Below, piece after piece: positions 8,304-16,022 of a stretch of DNA of 64,000 nt. The stretch is taken from positions 1 to 64,000 of IMG/VR virus record IMGVR_UViG_3300017963_000244. One strand, 5' to 3'. The notes beneath the pieces are model-generated. The model saw only the letters and a program-made list of their open reading frames with translations, had not been told where the DNA came from and did no database searches. This DNA comes from an uncultured virus (IMG/VR IMGVR_UViG_3300017963_000244) (taxonomy: Duplodnaviria > Heunggongvirae > Uroviricota > Caudoviricetes). Positions within the stretch are counted from its first letter, which is position 1; the number at the start of each line of letters is the position of its first letter. The translations under genes were made by a program, and so were the position numbers.

Positions 8304-11300
8304 TCGACTGGACGGACTACTTTGCCAGGTCTCCTCGCGTCGCGAAGTGGACGCTCTTCGACGCGCCCGAGCAGAAGGAGAAGCCCGAGCCGAAGGAGCC
8401 GAAGAAGAAACCCAAGCCTCCGAAGGAACCCCCGACGTACACCCTGTTCGAGGCACCTCCCGAGAAACCCGCCGAGCCCGCCGAGCCCGCCGAGGTGCCC
8501 CCGGCACCTCCCGCCGCGCCTCCGAAGGCACCCGAGAAACCCGCCGAGTGGGATCAGTTCCTCGACCTGTTCTACGAGGGGGGCAAGAAGAAGGTTCCCA
8601 ACCCGAACCCGAAGACGAAGAAGAAGTATCCCGAGGTCCAGGTCAGCACGGCCCTGAAGGATCCGACCTTTCACAAGAAGTTGGTGGCGGAGTACGAGGC
8701 GTGGCTGGCCAAGGAGAGCGACGTCGCGGCGAAGACGAAGAAGACGGAGGAGCCGATCAGCCCCCATCTCCAGGACCTGCACGACGAGCTCAAGGAGGAG
8801 ATGAAGGGCGAGGCCCCCGAGGGCGAGGGGTTGGAAAAGCTGGAGGAGAAGAAGCAGGACTTCCTCGAGGAACTGCTCGAGGTCGTCGAGGAGATAGAGC
8901 AGGAACCCAAGCCGCTGAAGGAGGGGGAGCAGGTCGCGACCGTCTCGCAGCTTGCGGAGGGCGACTGGGTCGAGGGTTTGGCCGCGGGCGACAAGGACGA
9001 TCCGTGGATCGGCCAGGTGAGGAAGGTCGAGACGCAGGAGGAGGTCCCCTACGTGCGCGTCGCCATCTACGACCCGGGCGAGCACAAACTGACCGGCGTC
9101 ACGTTCGTCATGCCGGAGTCGAAGGTGGAGGCCGAGAAGGTCAAGCTCGCGCCGGATCCCGACAAGGTCACGACGCCCTCGGACGTGAAGATGGGAGAGG
9201 TGATCGCCTACAAGTACAAGGGGAAGGACTACGTGGGACGGGTGGTCGCCTTCGAGGACGGGGATAAGAAGTTCCGCGTCGAGGTGCTCGATCCCGAGAC
9301 GGGGGTGATGGTTCAGAAGAAGCTGCCCTCCTTCGACGAGAAGAAGATCGGAGAGCGAGGCGTCGAGCTGGTCCGCGACTGGATGCCTTCCCTCGTCGAG
9401 AAGCACCCGGCGTCGGACGTCGACGTGGACGACATCGTCTACCTGGCAGGCAAGCCTCACAGGGTGAAGGACAAGGAACTCGATCCCGACCAGTTCGGAT
9501 TCCGGTTCCGGCTGGAGAACGGGGTCTGGGTCAACCACATGGAGCTGGACCGGAAGCCGGGAACCAAGACCGACGAGGTCTACGTGTTGCCGGGCCCCGT
9601 CGCGAAGGAGAAGGGCGTCAAGCTAGCGCCGCCCGCGAAGCCGCAGGTCGGCCAGAAGGTGACGAGCATCGGACAGCTCGTCCCTGGTCTCGTCATGCAG
9701 TCCGCCTACGGGACCTTCAGGATACAGAAGGTAGATCCTGACGGAAGCCTCATCGCTCGCAAGCTGGATCCGCACAGCAAGCAGTGGGCGGCACAGTCGA
9801 AGAAGCTGGACTCGAAGTGGCTTCACCACGTCTTTCCGAATCACGACTGGAAGGCCATCGAGGATCCCGCGCCCAAGCCGGAGACGCCCGATCCGTTCAA
9901 GATGATAGAGGGCCTCTCGGTGGGGAAGGCGGCGGAGCTGAAGGTCGGGGACTTCGTCTCCTACACGGAGAACGACAAGGAGAGCGTTGGCGAGGTCGCG
10001 GAGGTCGGTGACGGTCTCATCATGTTGCAAGACTACGACCGCGCAACGGGCGAGCCGTCCGGCAAACCTTGGCTCGTTCCTGAGGAGTCCTTCGAGCATC
10101 GCAAGATGAAGAGGGCCAAGAAGCCCGAGGTCAAGGCCAAACCCAAGGAAACGAAGCCCAAGAAGGAGGGACCCGCGCATCCCAAGCCGAAGAAGGGCAC
10201 GCACCTGACCGAGCCCGACGCGGCGAAGGTCGGAGACACCATCACCTGGGAACACGAGGGCAAGACCCACGTCGGGCGCGTCACCGAGGCCGAGGGACAC
10301 CGCTTCTACGTCCAGACCGCCGACCCGAAGACCGGGAAGTTGAAGGACTTCTACGTGCTCGCCCAGTACGACCTCGACCGTCTGCCCGTCGCCAAGGTGG
10401 ACGAGAAGGACCTCCCTGAGATCAAGATGCCGGAGGTCCCTCCGAAGCCCAAGGAGCCCAAGATTCCGAAGCCGCCCGAGAAGCCGAAGGGGATCTCCAA
10501 GCCGTCCGACGTGAAGATCGGGGACGAGGTGGAGTGGGAGCTCGGCGGGAAGACCTACCGCGGCAAGGTCGTGAAGTTCGAGGAGGACGGAAGATTCCGG
10601 GCCGAGGTCACGGGTCCGAAGGGGAGCAAGAGCCTCGGCAAGACGCCGTCGTTCGACGAGAAGAAGATCGCCGACCGCGACGTCCGGGTCTACGACCCCG
10701 AGAAGGCGAAGGCGTACGAGGAGGCCAAGGCCAAGCACGAGAAGGAGGTCGCGAAGCTCAAGGCCGATCACGCGGAGAAGATGCAGAAGTGGGAGGCGAA
10801 GAAGGCGGAGATCGAGGGGGCGAAGCACACCGCGAAGCGCCCGATCAAGAGGGAGTACGGGGAACACCTCCCCGACATCCCGGACGCGTGGGATCCGAAC
10901 CACACGACACTCCTCCTGGCCGACACCCTAGTCCCGGTCTACGCCGAGAAGCACAAGAAGTTCCTGGAGGACACGCGCAGCAGCCTGCGCGAGATGATCA
11001 AGGTCCCCCCGGAGCTGAATACGACCGCCGCGGAGGAGATGTGGGAGGAGAGGCCGGAGGCCGAGAAGATGCTGGCGATGGGAGGCCACCTCTACGGCGA
11101 CCAGTTCTTCGACCACGTCCTCACACCACAGGAGAGGGAGTCTCTCAGCAGCGCTCTCAAGTCCTGGCAGGGTAATCCGAAGCACCCCGGAGGACAGCGA
11201 CTGCTGGGCGTGCTCGAGGGGATGGGCGTCGAGGGTCAGAAGAAGTCACACGACACCGGCGTGGAGGAGTACCGGGAGGAAGGGAGACACGACAAGGTCC

Positions 11301-11965
11301 TCCAGTCCGCCATCGCGAAGGCCATCGCCTACTCCCGGGCCGTGTTCGACAGCCTGGGCGTCGACCACATCACGCTCTATCGAGGGGGCCAGAACAAGGC
11401 CGTGGGAGCGGCGGAGCAGGGAGACATCGTCCCGATGCCCAACTCGCGCGAGCTCACGGGCTTCAGCACCAGCCCCCAGACGGCGTACGCGTTCGGAGAC
11501 TACCGGATGAAGGCCAAGGTGCCGGTCTCCCGCGTGTTCATCTCGCCGGTGACCGTCCCGCACCTCGGGGGTCCGGGCTCCAGCTCGGGGTACGACGAGA
11601 ACGAGTTCCTCATCGCGGGCCTCGCCGGCGAGAAGGTCAAGCGGATGGGCGATCACATAGGCGACTACGACGCGGACCTCATGAAGATGGCGTCCAGGAT
11701 CGTCCGCGGGACCTCCGTGGACGAGGACGAGGAGGACGAGCTCGGCTGGCACAGGCACATGCTCGAGATCCGAGAACGGGCGAAGAAGAAGCTCGAGAGA
11801 AAGGAGGCGTCGCGTCGGCTCGCGAAGCTCGCCGCCCGTCACCCCGGCTTCCGCGACGCACTTCTGTTCGAGCTGCGAGGGCTCTTGAGATCCGGCGTCG
11901 GGTGTGGATTTGCTGTCCCACGCAGCGGAAGCGAGTGTGTCCCGATGAAGTGGACGCATACTTGA
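8300..11965 (+). CDS. Paralogous modular protein with SH3-like repeats and C-terminal ADP-ribosyltransferase domain
   Basis: GTG start overlaps the upstream TGA (GTGA); N-terminal module near-identical to 2169..8303; ART triad LYRG / GFSTS / ENE. Confidence 0.7.
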   Translation: MIDWTDYFARSPRVAKWTLFDAPEQKEKPEPKEPKKKPKPPKEPPTYTLFEAPPEKPAEPAEPAEVPPAPPAAPPKAPEKPAEWDQFLDLFYEGGKKKVPNPNPKTKKKYPEVQVSTALKDPTFHKKLVAEYEAWLAKESDVAAKTKKTEEPISPHLQDLHDELKEEMKGEAPEGEGLEKLEEKKQDFLEELLEVVEEIEQEPKPLKEGEQVATVSQLAEGDWVEGLAAGDKDDPWIGQVRKVETQEEVPYVRVAIYDPGEHKLTGVTFVMPESKVEAEKVKLAPDPDKVTTPSDVKMGEVIAYKYKGKDYVGRVVAFEDGDKKFRVEVLDPETGVMVQKKLPSFDEKKIGERGVELVRDWMPSLVEKHPASDVDVDDIVYLAGKPHRVKDKELDPDQFGFRFRLENGVWVNHMELDRKPGTKTDEVYVLPGPVAKEKGVKLAPPAKPQVGQKVTSIGQLVPGLVMQSAYGTFRIQKVDPDGSLIARKLDPHSKQWAAQSKKLDSKWLHHVFPNHDWKAIEDPAPKPETPDPFKMIEGLSVGKAAELKVGDFVSYTENDKESVGEVAEVGDGLIMLQDYDRATGEPSGKPWLVPEESFEHRKMKRAKKPEVKAKPKETKPKKEGPAHPKPKKGTHLTEPDAAKVGDTITWEHEGKTHVGRVTEAEGHRFYVQTADPKTGKLKDFYVLAQYDLDRLPVAKVDEKDLPEIKMPEVPPKPKEPKIPKPPEKPKGISKPSDVKIGDEVEWELGGKTYRGKVVKFEEDGRFRAEVTGPKGSKSLGKTPSFDEKKIADRDVRVYDPEKAKAYEEAKAKHEKEVAKLKADHAEKMQKWEAKKAEIEGAKHTAKRPIKREYGEHLPDIPDAWDPNHTTLLLADTLVPVYAEKHKKFLEDTRSSLREMIKVPPELNTTAAEEMWEERPEAEKMLAMGGHLYGDQFFDHVLTPQERESLSSALKSWQGNPKHPGGQRLLGVLEGMGVEGQKKSHDTGVEEYREEGRHDKVLQSAIAKAIAYSRAVFDSLGVDHITLYRGGQNKAVGAAEQGDIVPMPNSRELTGFSTSPQTAYAFGDYRMKAKVPVSRVFISPVTVPHLGGPGSSSGYDENEFLIAGLAGEKVKRMGDHIGDYDADLMKMASRIVRGTSVDEDEEDELGWHRHMLEIRERAKKKLERKEASRRLAKLAARHPGFRDALLFELRGLLRSGVGCGFAVPRSGSECVPMKWTHT

Positions 11966-11977
11966 AAGAAGGGTGGA

Positions 11978-12337
11978 TCAGGGGAAGGAATTTTCCCGGT
12001 TGATCTGTTCGACCCGCGGATCGTTCATGCCTGCCCCTCGGCACCAGGGGCTGTCTGAAGGAGACCATCGACATCTGGCCTCTCCTCGTTTTCTTTGTTT
12101 CAAATCCCTTTCCGCTTTCTGTGCCTCGGACCGGTTGGTGTAAGGCCCGAAAATGGCCTTCATCCGCCACGGCCGGTGCCGCGCGGTGTAGCGTCCTCCG
12201 TTGGGCTCGAGGCCGTTGTGCTGGCGCAGGCGTCTTGAGGGGTCGGTGGTCGAGCCCACGTAGTGGAAGCCCGGGAGGCGGCATCCCCGCTTCGTGAATC
12301 TCGGCTCCTGGCTCTCGATGACGTAGACCCACCACAC
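11978..12337 (-). CDS. GIY-YIG nuclease (SLX1-like)
   Basis: WVYVI...HYVGSTTDPSRRLRQHNG..GGRYT..HRPW. Confidence 0.85.
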   Translation of the reverse strand: MWWVYVIESQEPRFTKRGCRLPGFHYVGSTTDPSRRLRQHNGLEPNGGRYTARHRPWRMKAIFGPYTNRSEAQKAERDLKQRKRGEARCRWSPSDSPWCRGAGMNDPRVEQINRENSFP

Positions 12338-12339
12338 GG

Positions 12340-12354
12340 CGCTGTCGCCTCTAT
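12340..12354 (+). promoter_or_regulatory. Promoter-like motif CGCT-N8-TAT
   Basis: Recurring motif, upstream of 12385. Confidence 0.55.
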
Positions 12355-12384
12355 ACCGGGCCCCTGGGAGAAGGAGCTGCGCTC

Positions 12385-13011
12385 ATGGCGAAGAGGTACC
12401 TGCTTCCCCTCGTGACGCTCGCCGTCCTCGGCTGTCCGGGCCTCGCCGGCCGGGTCCCGCGTCCTCCGACGTACGAGGAGTGCGTCCCGTCCCACTCGTT
12501 TTACCACGACCTCGCCGCGAGCACCGAGGACCTCTCGGAGCCGGGGGAGATCCCGAGCGATCCGCACGAGGCCCTCCTCCTGGTCGAGCAGGAGCTCGCG
12601 GACCTGGGCATCAGCATCGAGCCGAAGGCCCAGGGGATGGAGGACTGGTCGAAGTTCACGACGACCTTCCCCGACACGATTTTCGTCTCGGTCAGCTTCC
12701 CCGACATGGAGGAGGCCGAGAAGGCCGAGATCCTCTGGCACGAGCGTGCCCACGTGCAGCAGTACGACAGGTTCGGCGTCGAGGACTTCATCGTCGTGTA
12801 CGCCTTCGCGGAGGGTAGGTGGGCGCTCGAGGTCGCGGCCTACAGAGAGAGCGACAGGGTCGCGCGCCTGTTCGGAGCGACCGAGGAGCAGATCCAGGCC
12901 CGGGCGGCTCGGAGGGCCGACAACCTCTACGACGAGTACGAGCTAGGCCTTATGCCGCGCGAGTGCGCCGTGTCGCGGGCCGTGGAGGTCTGGGCCCTCG
13001 ACGGCAGGTAG
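12385..13011 (+). CDS. Putative lipoprotein with HExxH metallopeptidase-like motif
   Basis: Signal peptide with lipobox LAVLG-C; ILWHERAHVQQY and a downstream ALEVAAY glutamate; AAGGAG RBS. Confidence 0.55.
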   Translation: MAKRYLLPLVTLAVLGCPGLAGRVPRPPTYEECVPSHSFYHDLAASTEDLSEPGEIPSDPHEALLLVEQELADLGISIEPKAQGMEDWSKFTTTFPDTIFVSVSFPDMEEAEKAEILWHERAHVQQYDRFGVEDFIVVYAFAEGRWALEVAAYRESDRVARLFGATEEQIQARAARRADNLYDEYELGLMPRECAVSRAVEVWALDGR

Positions 13012-13012
13012 G

Positions 13013-13576
13013 GTGTCCCGCGTGGCTCGCGGCCAGATCGTCACGCGCGCGGACCTCGAGGAGCGCTACCGAGACGCCGAGGTCGACGCGTTCGAGCCTA
13101 CACACCACGTCCGCGTGCTGTCCCCGTCGGAGGACGCCATGTTGCGCGAGGACTATGCCAGGCTGGACGATGGGGACGGAAAGGTCCGTTACGCCTTCGT
13201 CCCGGGACAGGAGGAGCCCGTCTACGCCGTGCTCTCGACTGGACTCTGGCAGTGTCTCGCGATACACGGTCGCGTGCGTGCCCGCGAGGTTCGATACAAG
13301 GTCGAGCACGTTCCTCAGTCGGAGCTGTGTGGCCTCGTGTACTTCGTGCAGTCGGGCGACGACGGCCCGATCAAGATCGGCTGGTCGCGGGACGTCGTGC
13401 GACGCGTCGCGGAGCTGCAGACGGCCAACGCCCACGCCCTGGTTCTGCTCGGGGCCGTGCCCGGTACGATGGAGGACGAGGCGGCGATGCACGCCCGCTT
13501 CGCCCACCTGCGGATGGAGGCCGAGTGGTTCCGCAACTCCCCTGAAATTCACGCTTTTCTGCGGGAGCGTCGGTGA
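13013..13576 (+). CDS. T5orf172/MUG113-type GIY-YIG-superfamily protein
   Basis: VYFVQ..GPIKIGWS..V.RR...LQT...E..MH.RF...R..AEWF. Confidence 0.75.
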   Translation: MSRVARGQIVTRADLEERYRDAEVDAFEPTHHVRVLSPSEDAMLREDYARLDDGDGKVRYAFVPGQEEPVYAVLSTGLWQCLAIHGRVRAREVRYKVEHVPQSELCGLVYFVQSGDDGPIKIGWSRDVVRRVAELQTANAHALVLLGAVPGTMEDEAAMHARFAHLRMEAEWFRNSPEIHAFLRERR

Positions 13577-13585
13577 ATTCCTTAT
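13571..13585 (+). promoter_or_regulatory. Promoter-like motif CGGT-N8-TAT
   Basis: Recurring motif, upstream of 13625. Confidence 0.6.
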
Positions 13586-13624
13586 AAAGACCACCTACTT
13601 AGCAGGGACCTGAGAAACGCTGTC

Positions 13625-13921
13625 ATGCCAGAGTCAGCCCGCATAACTAGCGTGAGCGTCGAGTCGGCCGTCAAGTTCGGTCAGTTCGCGAACGCCTTTC
13701 GGGTGGTCGAGGAGGTCGGACCCGACTGCCTCCTCGACTTCATGATCTACTCCGCGGCCGAGGACGCCGCGAGGGTGGTCGCCCGCATTCGCGTGCGGCG
13801 GGACTTTCTTGAGCCTATAAGGCAGAGCCTCGGCGACGCGATACTTGAGTTTGACGGCGACGACGACCGCGCACCGGCCGCCGGAGACATCGTCTTCCGG
13901 GACGTGCGGCCACTCAACTGA
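13625..13921 (+). CDS. Small protein, DUF3467-like
   Basis: GQFANAFRV...LLDF...VVARIRV pattern. Confidence 0.5.
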   Translation: MPESARITSVSVESAVKFGQFANAFRVVEEVGPDCLLDFMIYSAAEDAARVVARIRVRRDFLEPIRQSLGDAILEFDGDDDRAPAAGDIVFRDVRPLN

Positions 13922-13986
13922 GACGCGGGTCCGCGACGCCGGTAAGGTGGAGCCGAATCGGTTTTCACCAACCGGGACTCGACCTC

Positions 13987-15558
13987 ATGTCCGAGATCGA
14001 CTTTCAAGTCAACGAATTTCGCAAGTACGAGGCCGTCGTCGACGGGATCTCCTTCGGTTTCATCGACTCAGGCGCGGGCGGCTACAGTCCGCGCAAGGGA
14101 GAAGTCGTTCAGTACGACGGCACGACCGTGGTCCTCAAGGACGGCCGCGAGTTCACCGACGTTCCGCAGCTGCGCACCGCGATAGTCGAGGGATGGTTCG
14201 TGCCCATCGGAAAGGGGACCACGGGCTACCGCCCGAAGGCGGCGGGCGTGAGGGTCAGCGCCACCGAGACGCGAGGTCAGGAGCGTCCCGTCAAGACGAC
14301 CATCGAGACGACCGACGCCGAGGAGCGCGAGGTCGGCAGCGTCGAGGAACGTCGTGAGAGCCGCGAGCGCACGAACCGCGAGGCCACCCGACGCGTGCCC
14401 CTCGAGAGCCAGGCGGCCAAGGACGCGATGGCCCGAACGCCGGGTTGGGACAGCGGGGACCCCGACGTCAACGACTTCGTCGAGACGCTCGAGGGCGCCA
14501 TCGAGGCGGAGCTCATGCTCCGGGAGATGATGGCGGAGAACGAGGCGCAGGAGGAGGCTCAGCGAGATCGCGAGGAGAAGGAGCGCGCCAGGGACGAGGC
14601 GGACATCCTGGCTATGCTGAACTCCGTGGAGGACTCTCCGTCGAGGTCCGCCAGGTCGCTCCCGGTGGAGAGGGACGATGACCGGCTGGAGATGCCCATA
14701 GTGCGCGAGGATCCGAGCGAGAACGCGGGCGACGTCGTCGGGAGCGTCAGCAGGCGCAACGAGCTCGTCGTGGAGCGCGAGCAGGAGATCACCCTCGACG
14801 TGGCCCCTGCCGCGCCCGAGCGCAAGGCTCCGAGTCCCAGGCCGAGGATCGGAGGCGCGGGGGCCGTCGTCGTGGACGAGCAGCGCGAGGTCGGACAGAT
14901 CGCGCTCTCGGGAAGCGCAGCTCCCGTGCGGCTCGACGAGAGTGCCGAGGTTCGTCCGAGCGGCACCGACTCGATCAGGATGGGGGAGGTGGAGGTCGGA
15001 GGCCGGAAGAAGGTCGCGACCGCGGAGTCGCAGGACGGCGTCGCGGTGGGTCGCGTGCTGTCGCCCACGCAGCAGAGTTTCACGGCCACCGACGCGAACA
15101 CCTCGAGCACGGCGATCCAGCGCACGGCCGAGGGCAGACGGGTCCAGGTCGAGAAGTTTGCGGTTGACAGGGACCAGGAGGTGGCGGCCACCTCCGAGAA
15201 GGGCGGCGCGGTGGCGACCGGGGACGTGCAGGAGCCTCGCGCGGGCGACGACTTGACCGACCTGCTGCCGGATGCCGCGAGGGGAGCCGAGCCCGAGCCG
15301 AGGGCGGACGCGGCCTACGTGGCCGTCAAGATGATGCTTCCCGAGTTCGAGTGGAATAGGGACCGCCCTCTCGCGCAGCGCGTCGAGGACGCGATGAAAC
15401 ACGTCAAGAACCCGATGTACGTGAAGGGCATCCTGGCGGTGGAGACCGAGCACGGACGCGAGGCGATCAAGAAGGCCCTGGCGGACGAGCTGTCGGGAAA
15501 AAAGGCCAAGAAGGCCAAGAAGAACGTGAAGGGCAAGGAGGCGGCCGCGAAGGCCTGA
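13987..15558 (+). CDS. Hypothetical protein (acidic, largely low-complexity)
   Basis: Long ORF with the GC3-rich codon usage of neighbouring genes. Confidence 0.75.
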   Translation: MSEIDFQVNEFRKYEAVVDGISFGFIDSGAGGYSPRKGEVVQYDGTTVVLKDGREFTDVPQLRTAIVEGWFVPIGKGTTGYRPKAAGVRVSATETRGQERPVKTTIETTDAEEREVGSVEERRESRERTNREATRRVPLESQAAKDAMARTPGWDSGDPDVNDFVETLEGAIEAELMLREMMAENEAQEEAQRDREEKERARDEADILAMLNSVEDSPSRSARSLPVERDDDRLEMPIVREDPSENAGDVVGSVSRRNELVVEREQEITLDVAPAAPERKAPSPRPRIGGAGAVVVDEQREVGQIALSGSAAPVRLDESAEVRPSGTDSIRMGEVEVGGRKKVATAESQDGVAVGRVLSPTQQSFTATDANTSSTAIQRTAEGRRVQVEKFAVDRDQEVAATSEKGGAVATGDVQEPRAGDDLTDLLPDAARGAEPEPRADAAYVAVKMMLPEFEWNRDRPLAQRVEDAMKHVKNPMYVKGILAVETEHGREAIKKALADELSGKKAKKAKKNVKGKEAAAKA

Positions 15559-15604
15559 CCTCGGTTTTCGGCCGATGAGGGCTCTTCTTGTGAGAGCCCC
15601 CGCC

Positions 15605-16021
15605 GTGTCTTTTTCACGTAACGCAGGCAGCCAGGCCGGATGGGCCCTGATCTCCGGGGGCGTGAGCGCCGCCAGGGTCGAGGCGCACCGTCTTCACCAG
15701 ATGATCAACAAGGTCCTGAAGCTCGTGGAGGCGAGCCCCGAGAAGGAGCACCTGTACCGTCTTGCCGGGGACCTGATCGTGGACGTGCCCCGGCGCCTCG
15801 AGAACCTCGAGAAGGAGCTCGACCAGACGAGTTACGCGTTGTCCATTATGGGCAAGGACCACCTCAAAGACCGCCTGCCGATCTCGAACCGCAACCTCGT
15901 GGACGAGACGGTTCAAGGGGCCAGGGCGTTCGGAGTGCCGATGAGGCGCGGCTCTCCGCGGAAAGTCCTTGAGCGCCACCTCGCGCGCCGCGTGGCCCGT
16001 CGCAGTCTCGGGAGGGGGTGA
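15605..16021 (+). CDS. Hypothetical helical protein with C-terminal RRVARR motif
   Basis: In-frame GTG 15605 preferred because ATG 15575 lies inside the promoter-like motif; start uncertain. Confidence 0.6.
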   Translation: MSFSRNAGSQAGWALISGGVSAARVEAHRLHQMINKVLKLVEASPEKEHLYRLAGDLIVDVPRRLENLEKELDQTSYALSIMGKDHLKDRLPISNRNLVDETVQGARAFGVPMRRGSPRKVLERHLARRVARRSLGRG

Positions 16022-16022
16022 C

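Noticed and set aside
15579..15614. Hairpin GGGCTCT-N7-AGAGCCC with a downstream T run as an intrinsic terminator
   Set aside because: The T tract is separated from the stem by about 10 nt and the site overlaps a promoter-like motif and a gene start; too ambiguous to call.
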